From: Candidatus Bathyarchaeota archaeon
GTDB taxonomy: Archaea; Thermoproteota; Bathyarchaeia; Bathyarchaeales; Bathycorpusculaceae
Assembly (NCBI GenBank): GCA_963815095.1
Contig: CAWFFH010000003.1
Location: 832,001-896,000, forward strand
DNA length: 64,000 nt
Direction of reading: 5' to 3'
Each line of letters begins with the position of its first letter. Position 1 is the first letter of the stretch. The position numbers and the translations under genes are program-made. Below the pieces are notes generated by a model, which saw only the letters and a program-made list of their open reading frames with translations, ran no database searches and was not told the DNA's origin. Positions 41,723 to 50,720 of the stretch are shown one piece after another.

Positions 41723-42888
41723 CGATCCAAGATTGGAAATTCCTTTGTTAAACGCTTTTCTCCTAATATGTTACCTATTACAAGATTAAGGCTTTGTCCC
41801 TCACTTGCAAGGTCGACAACTTCATCATTCTTGAGAGCATCTTTGAGAAGATATTCGAACTGGCCTTGCCTATCGGAAGTATCTCCAAATCTTGCAGATT
41901 TTTCGCGTTCTATCTGCTCATAAGCGTACATAAATTCGTATAATGATCTGTATATCTGGTCGTCTATCTTTTCCGAGATTTTCTTTTCCTCAACAGTTAT
42001 CCATTCTAAGCCCTCAAGGTCAACGAAGAAAATTGTGCCGTCAGGAGCTAGAACTGCGTCCTTATCTAGCCAAACATCATAAAAGTCCAATCCACTGAAA
42101 GTTCCATCCCTGTTAGCTTTTAATGTCCTTACAAAGAGAGTAAGATATGCAATTCCGCTCTTAACGAAATTTCTCAGAAACTCTAATGCTTTATCGTTAT
42201 TGTCTAATTGAAACATGTTAAAAATTGATTTTATATTACTGCCGATTGTGCTCCCTGAATGAAAATAAATTCGGACATTGGACGGAACCAATCTTGTTTC
42301 CTGAACCATCCGCCCTCTGAATTTACGGTACCAATATATTTTTTTGATTTCAGCTTCTAGATCTTCAGGTAGGAAAACAATTTTCACGAGGGGTGCAATT
42401 CGGAACCCATAAATTGAGGTGAGGTCCGCCATTTCTGAGACTTTCATCGAAGTGGTTGCATGCTCAAGTCCCTGTCCCCCATAAGAGGAACCTCTTAACC
42501 ATAATTCCCCTGTTAAGTATCGGGGAGCTGTTTCTGCTGAATTTACAATTTTTTCTTTTAATTTGGAATCTTTTAGTAGACTACATATTTCATTTTTCCC
42601 CAAAAGCTGATGAGAAAAAGGATTGGTTGTTGAACCAATTCCTTTAACTGAAAGATAAAAGTCAGTGCCATCCATCTTTAAAGAAGGCAAAGGGCAAACT
42701 GCTCCTCTATTATCATCCGCAACAAACTCTTTAGTAGCTTGAGGGTTGAAATCTGTGAAAGGAGTCATACTTTCAGGAAGGTGAATTTTTTCGAATTCAT
42801 CCATTTTGAGTTCCTTAAAATGCCTGTTTGTTAGCATTTCAGAAACTTCATAAGTATTCAGATTGATGGGTGAGCCTTTCAACTTCAT
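41719..42888 (-). CDS. Divergent SelO-like / protein-kinase-fold enzyme
   Basis: DNRGA, SVKGIG, VSEM, RLVPSNVR, LDKD and FVDLE occur in the order of SelO motifs DGRA, QLKG, SEAM, RxAPSxxR, NTDN and IDYG. Confidence 0.55.
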   Translation of the reverse strand: MKLKGSPINLNTYEVSEMLTNRHFKELKMDEFEKIHLPESMTPFTDFNPQATKEFVADDNRGAVCPLPSLKMDGTDFYLSVKGIGSTTNPFSHQLLGKNEICSLLKDSKLKEKIVNSAETAPRYLTGELWLRGSSYGGQGLEHATTSMKVSEMADLTSIYGFRIAPLVKIVFLPEDLEAEIKKIYWYRKFRGRMVQETRLVPSNVRIYFHSGSTIGSNIKSIFNMFQLDNNDKALEFLRNFVKSGIAYLTLFVRTLKANRDGTFSGLDFYDVWLDKDAVLAPDGTIFFVDLEGLEWITVEEKKISEKIDDQIYRSLYEFMYAYEQIEREKSARFGDTSDRQGQFEYLLKDALKNDEVVDLASEGQSLNLVIGNILGEKRLTKEFPILDR

Positions 42889-43133
42889 TGGACGTTCGTT
42901 TTTTGTATGTGGATGGTTTAACACTTAAGCTTTTTGCGCAACGTACCAATCAGTGTAAGCCACCAGTCGTCTATCTTGATTGGGTTTTTGGCTTTACAAA
43001 GTCGTAAAGATATTGACCTGACTAATAGAATTATCGCTTACCACGCTTGTTTGATTCTTCTCTGACACCCAACAAGTGATCGGGCATAAGCATATAAACT
43101 GATTAAATAGTATGTGGATGAAACGGAGTAGAA

Positions 43134-43541
43134 TTGAAATTGGAATTATCACTAGAAGATGCAAAAAAGATTATACAGGATGCTGAAGCAAAGGCAAAAG
43201 AGATTGGCGTGAAAATGAACATTGCAGTAGCAGATGTTGGCGGGAACCTAGTTGCTTTTGAAAGAATGGATAATGCATGGATGGGCAGCATAAACATCGC
43301 CCAAAGCAAAGCTTTCACAGCAGTCGCCTTCAACATGACGACTGAAGATTTAGGCAAAGAATCTCAAGCTGGCAAATCGCTTTTCGGCATACACACAACA
43401 AATAATGGAAAAATAGTGATTTTTGGTGGCGGCATTCCTCTAACAAGAAAAGGAGTATTGGTCGGCGCAATCGGCGTAAGTGGAGGAGCTGTATCTCAAG
43501 ATATAGAAGTTGCAAAAGCCGGCGCAAAAAACTTCAAGTAA
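43134..43541 (+). CDS. Heme-binding protein, GlcG/HbpS family
   Basis: IAVADVGGNL..RMD..IAQSKAFTA..GGGIPL..GAIGVSG. Confidence 0.9.
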   Translation: MKLELSLEDAKKIIQDAEAKAKEIGVKMNIAVADVGGNLVAFERMDNAWMGSINIAQSKAFTAVAFNMTTEDLGKESQAGKSLFGIHTTNNGKIVIFGGGIPLTRKGVLVGAIGVSGGAVSQDIEVAKAGAKNFK

Positions 43542-43575
43542 GAGGATTCCCAAAAACTTCTTTTTTTAATTAAGG

Positions 43576-44346
43576 ATGATCTACCTTTTGACAGAACCCA
43601 GCTTGACAAGAAAATGCGTTGCAGAGTTTATTGGAACATTCATTCTTGTTTATGTTGGAGCAGGAGCAGCTGCAATAACTATTCTACTCGCAAACGGAGA
43701 ATCATCTAAATCCATTTTCTTATCAAACGGCATAGGCGCTCTGGGAGGTTTAGCCGATTGGCTCTCCATCGGATTGGCTTTTGCCTTTGCAATCGCTGGA
43801 GCATTCTACATTTTTGGCCACATATCAGGTTGCCACATTAACCCAGCCGTAACCCTTGCGTTGTGGTCGGTGAAAAGGATGCCTGGAAGAGATGTTGCTC
43901 CCTACATTGTTTCCCAGTTAGCAGGCGCCACTATTGCAAGTATCTCCTTTGTTAGTATAGTTGGTGCTCGTGCAGCAACGATTGGAGGCAGTGGTGCAAC
44001 TGCGCTATTCCCAGGTATAAGCTATTTACAGGGGCTTTTTAATGAAATTGTGATTTCGTTTATTCTTATGCTTATTATCATGGCGTTAGCGGTTTATGAA
44101 CGAGGATCTAAACTTTTTTCCGGCTTAATCATTGGCTTAGTGGTAGCTGCGGGAATAACAACCACGGGCAATATTTCAGGTGCCTCTTTTAATCCTGCAA
44201 GAACTTTTGGGCCCTATGTTGCAAATTCCTTGTTTGGTGGACCAAACTTTTGGATTCAGTTTCCAATTTATGTTATTGGTCCGATATTTGGAGCATTGCT
44301 TGCAGCTTTTGTTTACACTTTCTTGACTGAAGTAAAGACAGATTAA
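43576..44346 (+). CDS. MIP-family channel (aquaporin/glyceroporin)
   Basis: AEFIGT, SGCHINPAVT, SFNPARTFGP. Confidence 0.95.
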   Translation: MIYLLTEPSLTRKCVAEFIGTFILVYVGAGAAAITILLANGESSKSIFLSNGIGALGGLADWLSIGLAFAFAIAGAFYIFGHISGCHINPAVTLALWSVKRMPGRDVAPYIVSQLAGATIASISFVSIVGARAATIGGSGATALFPGISYLQGLFNEIVISFILMLIIMALAVYERGSKLFSGLIIGLVVAAGITTTGNISGASFNPARTFGPYVANSLFGGPNFWIQFPIYVIGPIFGALLAAFVYTFLTEVKTD

Positions 44347-44386
44347 ATATCAATTTGTTTTACCATTTCTAGTTGAGCGTCACTGC

Positions 44387-45250
44387 TTAAATTCGCATAG
44401 CCTTCTTATTTATTGCTAAGATCAAATTTATGGCACCTGAAGAGCGAAAAATTGGGTATCGGAAGTCAGCGTATTTTTGCAGTTTAGTATGAATTTTAAA
44501 TGAATTCGCCTCAGAGAAAATAGGATGGTTGAAAAGCGTAATCGGTAAGAAACCAACTGTTCTACTTTGAACAGAGACAAGGCTGGTTTTAAGAAGATAT
44601 CGTTTGAACTGCTTTGCCGAATAAAAATTGGGACCTACTGACACAGATGTAATTGGACTTAACCATCCAAACTTTCGAAGTTGATCATTAACCACCCATC
44701 GAAGCAGTTGAGCTACATCTAATCTTGAACCCCATCGGGTATCAACACTTAAAATCGCATACCCCCCAGGCTTCAAAACTCTTGTAATCTCAGTCATAAC
44801 TTTTCTCAAATCATGAAGCCAATGAACAACACCCAAAGCAACAACTAATTCAAAGGTGTTATCTTCAAAGGTAAATTTATGTGCATCTTCAATACTACAA
44901 TGAACTAGTTTTTCCATACCGGCCAACTTGGCTACCTGTCGAGTTTGCTCAACCATCGCTGCAGCATGATCTACCGCATCCACATTAAACCCCTTTCGAG
45001 CTAGTGCAACTGACATTACTCCGCCGCCACAACCAACATCGAGAACCCGCGCACCTTTTTCTAAAGGCAACGCATCAACATAAGTAAGCCCGGCAATCTG
45101 CCTCTGTCTCAAAATATGCGTGAGCAAAGTATTCTTCCCGTAAATATCACTCCAAAATTCCGACTCAGCATTAAAGCGATCATCTATTCTGTCCTGAATA
45201 TCAAAATGACCAAATTCAGACGAAGACTTACCGACAACCATGCCTGTCAA
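44387..45250 (-). CDS. Class I SAM-dependent methyltransferase
   Basis: VLDVGCGGG, FEDNTFE, RVLKPGG. Confidence 0.9.
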   Translation of the reverse strand: MTGMVVGKSSSEFGHFDIQDRIDDRFNAESEFWSDIYGKNTLLTHILRQRQIAGLTYVDALPLEKGARVLDVGCGGGVMSVALARKGFNVDAVDHAAAMVEQTRQVAKLAGMEKLVHCSIEDAHKFTFEDNTFELVVALGVVHWLHDLRKVMTEITRVLKPGGYAILSVDTRWGSRLDVAQLLRWVVNDQLRKFGWLSPITSVSVGPNFYSAKQFKRYLLKTSLVSVQSRTVGFLPITLFNHPIFSEANSFKIHTKLQKYADFRYPIFRSSGAINLILAINKKAMRI

Positions 45251-45252
45251 AC

Positions 45253-46380
45253 CTACTCGCTAAACACCAACGAACAAATAGACTTAACGATCCGATCTGT
45301 AGCATGTGGAGCTTCATCAACGTATTCGCTAATCAGTTCTTGTCTACTGGTATTTTCACCACAAAAGCTGTCCTTTGCTTGACCTACTGCCCAAATTACT
45401 TGTTCCGGAGAGGAAATGGTAACACAGGCTTCTCTAAGAAGCGTTAATTTATTGAGGTTACTGACAACCTCGTCGTTGTGTTTTTTCAGATCAAGAAAAA
45501 CTGCGGGTTTGTTGAGAGTAAGGTATTCAAGAATAAGTGAGCCATAATCCGCAATTAAAACGTCCGCCAAGTGCAGATATGGATAGATGTCATTATCATG
45601 CACAATCTGAAAGTTTTGCTTGTCAGCAAACTTTTCGAATTGGTTATAGTTTTGTGCTTGCGAAGAGTGCAAACCAAAATTAGAATTATCATGCATTTTT
45701 AACAGGACATTTGCTTCTAAAGAAAGTAACCGCTCAACTATTTTTGTTCCAAACGTTTCAAGGCAACCATGACTCCCCCAAGTGGGAGCAAACAGAATCA
45801 CAGGCAAATCATTATCGATGTTTAACCTCTCCTTCAACGAACTGTCGTTATATTGCCCGCTGGTTAGCTCTTCCAAGCGAGGAAATCCACCGTACTCAAA
45901 GTTTTCCCTAAATTCATCATCAAACAATTCGTTAAGCCGATCAAGCTGCTTTTTTGAAGAGAAAAATATTCTATCATATGATTTTATGATATCACGTAAC
46001 CGTTCCTTATCGTCCTCAAATAGATATTTTTTCTCGCTTATACCATGAGAAATCAAAACCATCTTTGGCTTTCTTAAAAGGGGAAACTTAATCGGCAGAA
46101 ATCTAAAGACCATGTTGCTCATTAACCGAGGCTCGAAAACATCAGCAGAAATATACAAATCCCACTTCATTAAGAATGCATTTCTTTTCTCAACAAATTG
46201 CACACTGGGAATCCCGAATTGTTCATAAAAATTATAGTCATTAATTGAGTTCATGAAATAAATATCAAAAATTCCACATTGTTTTAGACGATTATAGATT
46301 GGCTTAAAGACCATAAATTGTATAGGGGTTATTCCGTTGAAGAGTACGCGTTTTCTGGGATGTGTTAGGTTGGGTAGCAT
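45253..46380 (-). CDS. CDP-glycerol glycerophosphotransferase (TagB/TagF-like GT-B) family protein
   Basis: SHG, GFPR, ILFAPTWG, LKMH, ADVLIADYGS..EYL..KP. Confidence 0.8.
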   Translation of the reverse strand: MLPNLTHPRKRVLFNGITPIQFMVFKPIYNRLKQCGIFDIYFMNSINDYNFYEQFGIPSVQFVEKRNAFLMKWDLYISADVFEPRLMSNMVFRFLPIKFPLLRKPKMVLISHGISEKKYLFEDDKERLRDIIKSYDRIFFSSKKQLDRLNELFDDEFRENFEYGGFPRLEELTSGQYNDSSLKERLNIDNDLPVILFAPTWGSHGCLETFGTKIVERLLSLEANVLLKMHDNSNFGLHSSQAQNYNQFEKFADKQNFQIVHDNDIYPYLHLADVLIADYGSLILEYLTLNKPAVFLDLKKHNDEVVSNLNKLTLLREACVTISSPEQVIWAVGQAKDSFCGENTSRQELISEYVDEAPHATDRIVKSICSLVFSE

Positions 46381-47220
46381 TTTTGTAGACGCTTCGAATC
46401 AACAATTAAATATGTACTGTAGTCTATTGGGTGAAAAACAGATCAAATTCAATATTCGTAATTTCTCGTTTAGCCAACCGGTAAACTGCAAGTTAGGTAC
46501 CCATATGACCCATAACTTAGCTGTCTTAATTTAACACTTTCCATTTATAATTTATTCTGAATCATATATTTTACCTCGAAAATTTTTAGAATCAATCATT
46601 TTGAATTCTTTGCTTCAAAATACTTTTCAACTTCATTTTGCCAAATTCTCGCAAAACTTTGGAGCTTCTAAACCCTTCATTTTCGATAAGCCAAGAGAGA
46701 TTTTTCACTCTATTACGCAAAACATAAAATCAAGATAATAGAAGCTTGACAGGTGTTCAAATTAACAGTTAATTAAAATTCCTTGACTCTCTGATTAACC
46801 TCAACTTGATAGCGTTTTGGATGAACATTTCACTTAATTGTATAAGTCAACAAGATTCTGTTTGGAACGAACATTTCAAACGTTTCAGGGTTGGGTTTTT
46901 CCGTTTGGTTTTTTCTTTGACGCTGAAATTCTTCCAAATCTTGGGCTTGGTAATTTGGTAAAGTGCACATGATTGTCCATTTTGAAGGTTCAGCTAATTA
47001 GGTTTTATGAATTAGTAGTTCACTCCAAAAGAAAAAATATTTAATGCGAATGAATCTCTTGGGCAAAGAATCATCCTTTTGCAGCTTCAACATCGCCAAG
47101 AAACTTTTTGCAAAGCTTTTCACTGATTCGTTTTGTTAAAGGAGAAATTCGAGTAGATGACCATTTTAAGAAACAAAATTCTAATATTAACCAATGCAAT
47201 CTCTTAATCAAACACCCTGT

Positions 47221-47298
47221 GGGCCGATCGTCTAGCCTGGTTAGGACGTTGGCTTTACACGCCAAAGGTCGCTGGTTCAACTCCGGCTCGGCCCACCA
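47221..47298 (+). tRNA. tRNA-Val (anticodon TAC), CCA encoded, no intron
   Basis: Acceptor GGGCCGA/TCGGCCC-A-CCA; anticodon arm TTGGC-TTTACAC-GCCAA; T-loop GGTTCAACTCC. Confidence 0.95.
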
Positions 47299-47518
47299 CA
47301 ACTCCGCTCCTAATATGGTAAGTTCAACCCATTTTGTTTCCAACTGTAGTTCGACCGGAAGTTTAAGTGACAGTGAACTTGCAATCCGTTTTCTAGGGAA
47401 CAAACGTCTGTTGCAATTGAGAATAGTGGTTTTAGGTCAAAAACACCAAAAGATTTACTGCGAAATGTTTTTATGTGCATCTCGGCAATTTCCAGATCAA
47501 AAAGGAGAAAAACTATCA

Positions 47519-48355
47519 ATGTCAACCAAACACTCGAACAAGCCCTATCAGGGATCTTTTGTCGTTCTACTTATAATTATGTTAACCGTCACAATTATCC
47601 TGGGTGCTTCACCTCAAGTAAAAGCGCAGACAGAACCAACTGTTCTGGTAACTGGATACAATGGAACAAGCATAAACTACACATTAACTCAGTTAGAAGC
47701 GATGCCCAGCATCACCATGTACGGTGGCTTCTATCAACCTAATCAACATGTAATTAACAGTGGTTTATGGGTTGGTGTATCGCTGCTTTATCTTTGTAAC
47801 CAAGTAGGCGGCATTACCTCAACCTGCAATGTGACAGTTACAGGTCAAGGCACCAACAATTTCACTTACGAAATGGTGAATAGCGGCACCAACTTCAACG
47901 CACAATACATAACCTACAATGACATCACAGGAGTAGAGCAAAATCAAGTCCAGCCAGTCACCCTCATATTGGCATACCAAGTTAACGGCACTAACCTCCC
48001 CAGTAGCTCACTACCAGCCCCAAGATTAGTAATAGTTGGTTCTGAAGGCTTACTGATGGATGGATCAGGAGGAAGAAGCATAACGCAAGTAAACATAACC
48101 AATACTGCCCCCACACCAACACCCACCCCCGCTCCAACACCAATTCCTACTCCCACCCCCACTGCAACTCCAACCTCGACACCAACATCTACTCCAGCAC
48201 CAACTGCATCGCCAACCCCATCAGCATCTCCATCACCTACACCCACAATCCCAGAATTTCCAGCAGCCGCTACCCTCATAATCTTACTAATGGCAACAAC
48301 GACAGCATTGGCAATTTATAAAAGAAAATCAAGTCAACAACTAACTTTAATCTAG
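47519..48355 (+). CDS. Surface protein with Moco-oxidoreductase-like domain, Pro/Thr linker and PEF-type sorting signal
   Basis: YTLTQLEAMP, WVGVSL, ILAYQVNG, PRLVIVG; (PT)n; IPEFP + TM + KRK. Confidence 0.7.
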   Translation: MSTKHSNKPYQGSFVVLLIIMLTVTIILGASPQVKAQTEPTVLVTGYNGTSINYTLTQLEAMPSITMYGGFYQPNQHVINSGLWVGVSLLYLCNQVGGITSTCNVTVTGQGTNNFTYEMVNSGTNFNAQYITYNDITGVEQNQVQPVTLILAYQVNGTNLPSSSLPAPRLVIVGSEGLLMDGSGGRSITQVNITNTAPTPTPTPAPTPIPTPTPTATPTSTPTSTPAPTASPTPSASPSPTPTIPEFPAAATLIILLMATTTALAIYKRKSSQQLTLI

Positions 48356-48363
48356 ATTTAAAA

Positions 48364-48921
48364 TTATATACTATCTTTCTTTTTATTAGCTCGATTTGGA
48401 AAATGTAAATGCTGCGTACGATTAACCACTATTGATGAAATTATGCCCCCCGCCCCTCCAAAAATCAGGCTTGACGTTCCTGCAACTCCTATACCGACTA
48501 AAAGTATGTGGGCATTTTGACCTATCATACTTGTTATGTAAAAGTTCACCATGGTTTTATCAAAACTTCCAAAAGCACCAAGAACGCAACCAACCAAAAT
48601 ATTGCCCAAATGACCTCTAAAAACAACAGCTAAAACATCCATAGTTATTCCCATCGCCGCATACTCAACCACCTCTAGAAATCCCTTATCAGCCATTCCG
48701 AGTACACCTAAAAGCAATCCTGAAAGCAACCCTATGTAAATGCCTGCACCAAACTTCTGTGTTAAACCAATTCCTATTATGAAAGGGATTACCCAAACAA
48801 TCGCAGTATGTGCGGGCAAGCCAATCGGCGTTTTGAAGAAAGCTTTGAAAACGTAAACAAGGGCAGCCATAACCGACAAAAAAGAGACCTCGTAGACCAA
48901 GAAATACTTCTGACGTTTCAT
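48364..48921 (-). CDS. ECF transporter S-component-like membrane protein
   Basis: About 6 TM; KTPIGLPAHT..W; GAGIYIGLLSGLL. Confidence 0.6.
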   Translation of the reverse strand: MKRQKYFLVYEVSFLSVMAALVYVFKAFFKTPIGLPAHTAIVWVIPFIIGIGLTQKFGAGIYIGLLSGLLLGVLGMADKGFLEVVEYAAMGITMDVLAVVFRGHLGNILVGCVLGAFGSFDKTMVNFYITSMIGQNAHILLVGIGVAGTSSLIFGGAGGIISSIVVNRTQHLHFPNRANKKKDSI

Positions 48922-48930
48922 AGCCTCATC

Positions 48931-49710
48931 TCAACCAGGTACACTCGATTTCAGATCTAATTTGAAATTATGATCTATGGTACCGTTAACGGCAACTAAC
49001 AACACTAAATCATCCTGAACTCTGCCACCCGTAAAATCGACGTAAAAGATGCCACTTGTGTTGCTTGTTGAGGTGACGTTGCCGCTGGGATTTCTTGGGT
49101 TAGTTGTAAAATGGAGAGAATTCAATCCGCCACCATCCTTGCCAAATTTCATAAAATAAGTATTATTTCCAAAATCATTGAATGTAGCTCCTTCTTTGTT
49201 TGAAACCTTCACATATATCTGGTCAACGCCAGGCATCATCTGAGCATTTGCCATAATGCTTGATGACTCAGCAGCTAGCGTAGTTACATAAAAACCGCTC
49301 GCTCCAGTCCCCTCCACGCGATTCGTCCATGAAAATCCCCTACTATCTTTGATGTATCCGTAAACGTGGAAGGCCGCCGTCCCATGTAAACCACTAAACG
49401 AGTAATCCACTCTTACACATGGAAAGGTAGCGTTCAAATTAGATGTCGCATTCAAATCAACAAACATAACGTAAAATTTTCCGTTACTGTTTGCATCAAC
49501 GCCTGGCATAACAGGCAACTTAGAAGCATAAGGCACCCATGTTTGAGGACCATAAAGAAAGCTCCCTTGAGAAAATGTTTGATCCAGATAATAATTTCCT
49601 CCAATAGTGTCCGCCGGCTGGCTTAAGTAAACCCATTGAACAGTAAAAACTATTAAAATCAGCAAACCAAAAACCGCAAAAGCAGCCGCCAGCTTGTACT
49701 TAAACTGCAA
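48931..49710 (-). CDS. Membrane-anchored extracellular protein
   Basis: N-terminal TM; GGGLNSLHFT..GIFY..TGGR..DDLVLLVAVNG. Confidence 0.65.
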   Translation of the reverse strand: MQFKYKLAAAFAVFGLLILIVFTVQWVYLSQPADTIGGNYYLDQTFSQGSFLYGPQTWVPYASKLPVMPGVDANSNGKFYVMFVDLNATSNLNATFPCVRVDYSFSGLHGTAAFHVYGYIKDSRGFSWTNRVEGTGASGFYVTTLAAESSSIMANAQMMPGVDQIYVKVSNKEGATFNDFGNNTYFMKFGKDGGGLNSLHFTTNPRNPSGNVTSTSNTSGIFYVDFTGGRVQDDLVLLVAVNGTIDHNFKLDLKSSVPG

Positions 49711-49712
49711 TC

Positions 49713-50405
49713 TTAAGCCCTCTTAAGTGCAATCCAATAATCCTCGTGTTGCTCCACAAAAAGCACTGCTTTGCCCTGAATGAAAGAGGGGGTAGCGTTT
49801 TTTGGAATCTGCACTTTGCCTTCAATAACTGTCTTTCCTCGAAGTGTTACTACTTCGTCTATGCCTGCGTTAATGATCTCTGAAATTAATCGAACTCCTG
49901 AGAGTTCTCTATTTTTGCCTTTCAGAAGGAACCTGCCATCATTCTTCAAAGAAGCTAAACCGATACCTGCGATTGCGCCTATTATGCCACCTTCAGTTCC
50001 GCCTAAACCCTCAAAACGGATTTTGCCATTTTTTGCTACTTCTATAGCCCTCTTTTGCGTAACAACGATTGCCTTAGCATCTAAACCAAATGCCACTAAT
50101 CCAGGCGTTATCAGGTTACTCTCGGTTATAGCTAATCCTGGATCGCTTCCTTCAATAAAATCTTCCAGCATCAGCTTTTTTGTGGTGCAAAATATTTCTT
50201 CAATGGCTGATTGTGATGATTCTATATGGACTACAGCACAGCTGTTATGTGACGTAAAAGGTATTTCTGGGTGTACCAGAAGTTGGTGGCGTGTGACACC
50301 GAATATTTGGTATTTCTTTGAGAGTTCGGCGGCGATATTTCTGGCAAGCCTGCCGGTGCCTCTAGAACCCAAAATGTCAGTGTCGTCTATTCCTACATAA
50401 ATCAT
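49713..50405 (-). CDS. Stand-alone TiaS N-terminal-like (IDDTD) enzyme
   Basis: MIYVGIDDTD..GTG, RHQL..P.IPFTSHN, SDPGL, GIIGAIAG; lacks OB and Zn-ribbon regions. Confidence 0.75.
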   Translation of the reverse strand: MIYVGIDDTDILGSRGTGRLARNIAAELSKKYQIFGVTRHQLLVHPEIPFTSHNSCAVVHIESSQSAIEEIFCTTKKLMLEDFIEGSDPGLAITESNLITPGLVAFGLDAKAIVVTQKRAIEVAKNGKIRFEGLGGTEGGIIGAIAGIGLASLKNDGRFLLKGKNRELSGVRLISEIINAGIDEVVTLRGKTVIEGKVQIPKNATPSFIQGKAVLFVEQHEDYWIALKRA

Positions 50406-50720
50406 TTATGTGCCTCAAGTTAAATACCGTTATGTATTTTTAGGCATATCGTTTGAACTATTAAAGTTGTTGGAAAAAACCCTACAAGCATACGAAAAAG
50501 ACTACAACTTAAGCCCCCAACCACAGAACTTACGCCAAAAGAATTACGCTCTCTAAAGAGATTCCCTCATAAAGGTCACTATAAAACGCATAAATGTAGT
50601 CATCTCTTATTCTCTACAAGCCGATTATTCGCTTGACGCGCAGAAGGTATCATATTTACCTTAGAAAAAGAGTTAAACCTAAAAGCTGATTATGGGTAAA
50701 AAAATGATTTAAGAAAAAAA

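Noticed and set aside
46840-46960. Possible decayed integrase fragment near tRNA-Val (QRQRK..NP-like text on minus strand)
   Set aside because: Too short; no catalytic HxxR or Tyr motif can be traced in any frame
47071-47518. ORF 47071..47403 and the N-terminal extension of 47108..48355
   Set aside because: They overlap tRNA-Val; the real CDS most plausibly starts at ATG 47519
47944-48279. Gly/Val-rich antisense ORF
   Set aside because: Mirror of the Pro/Thr linker codons on the + strand
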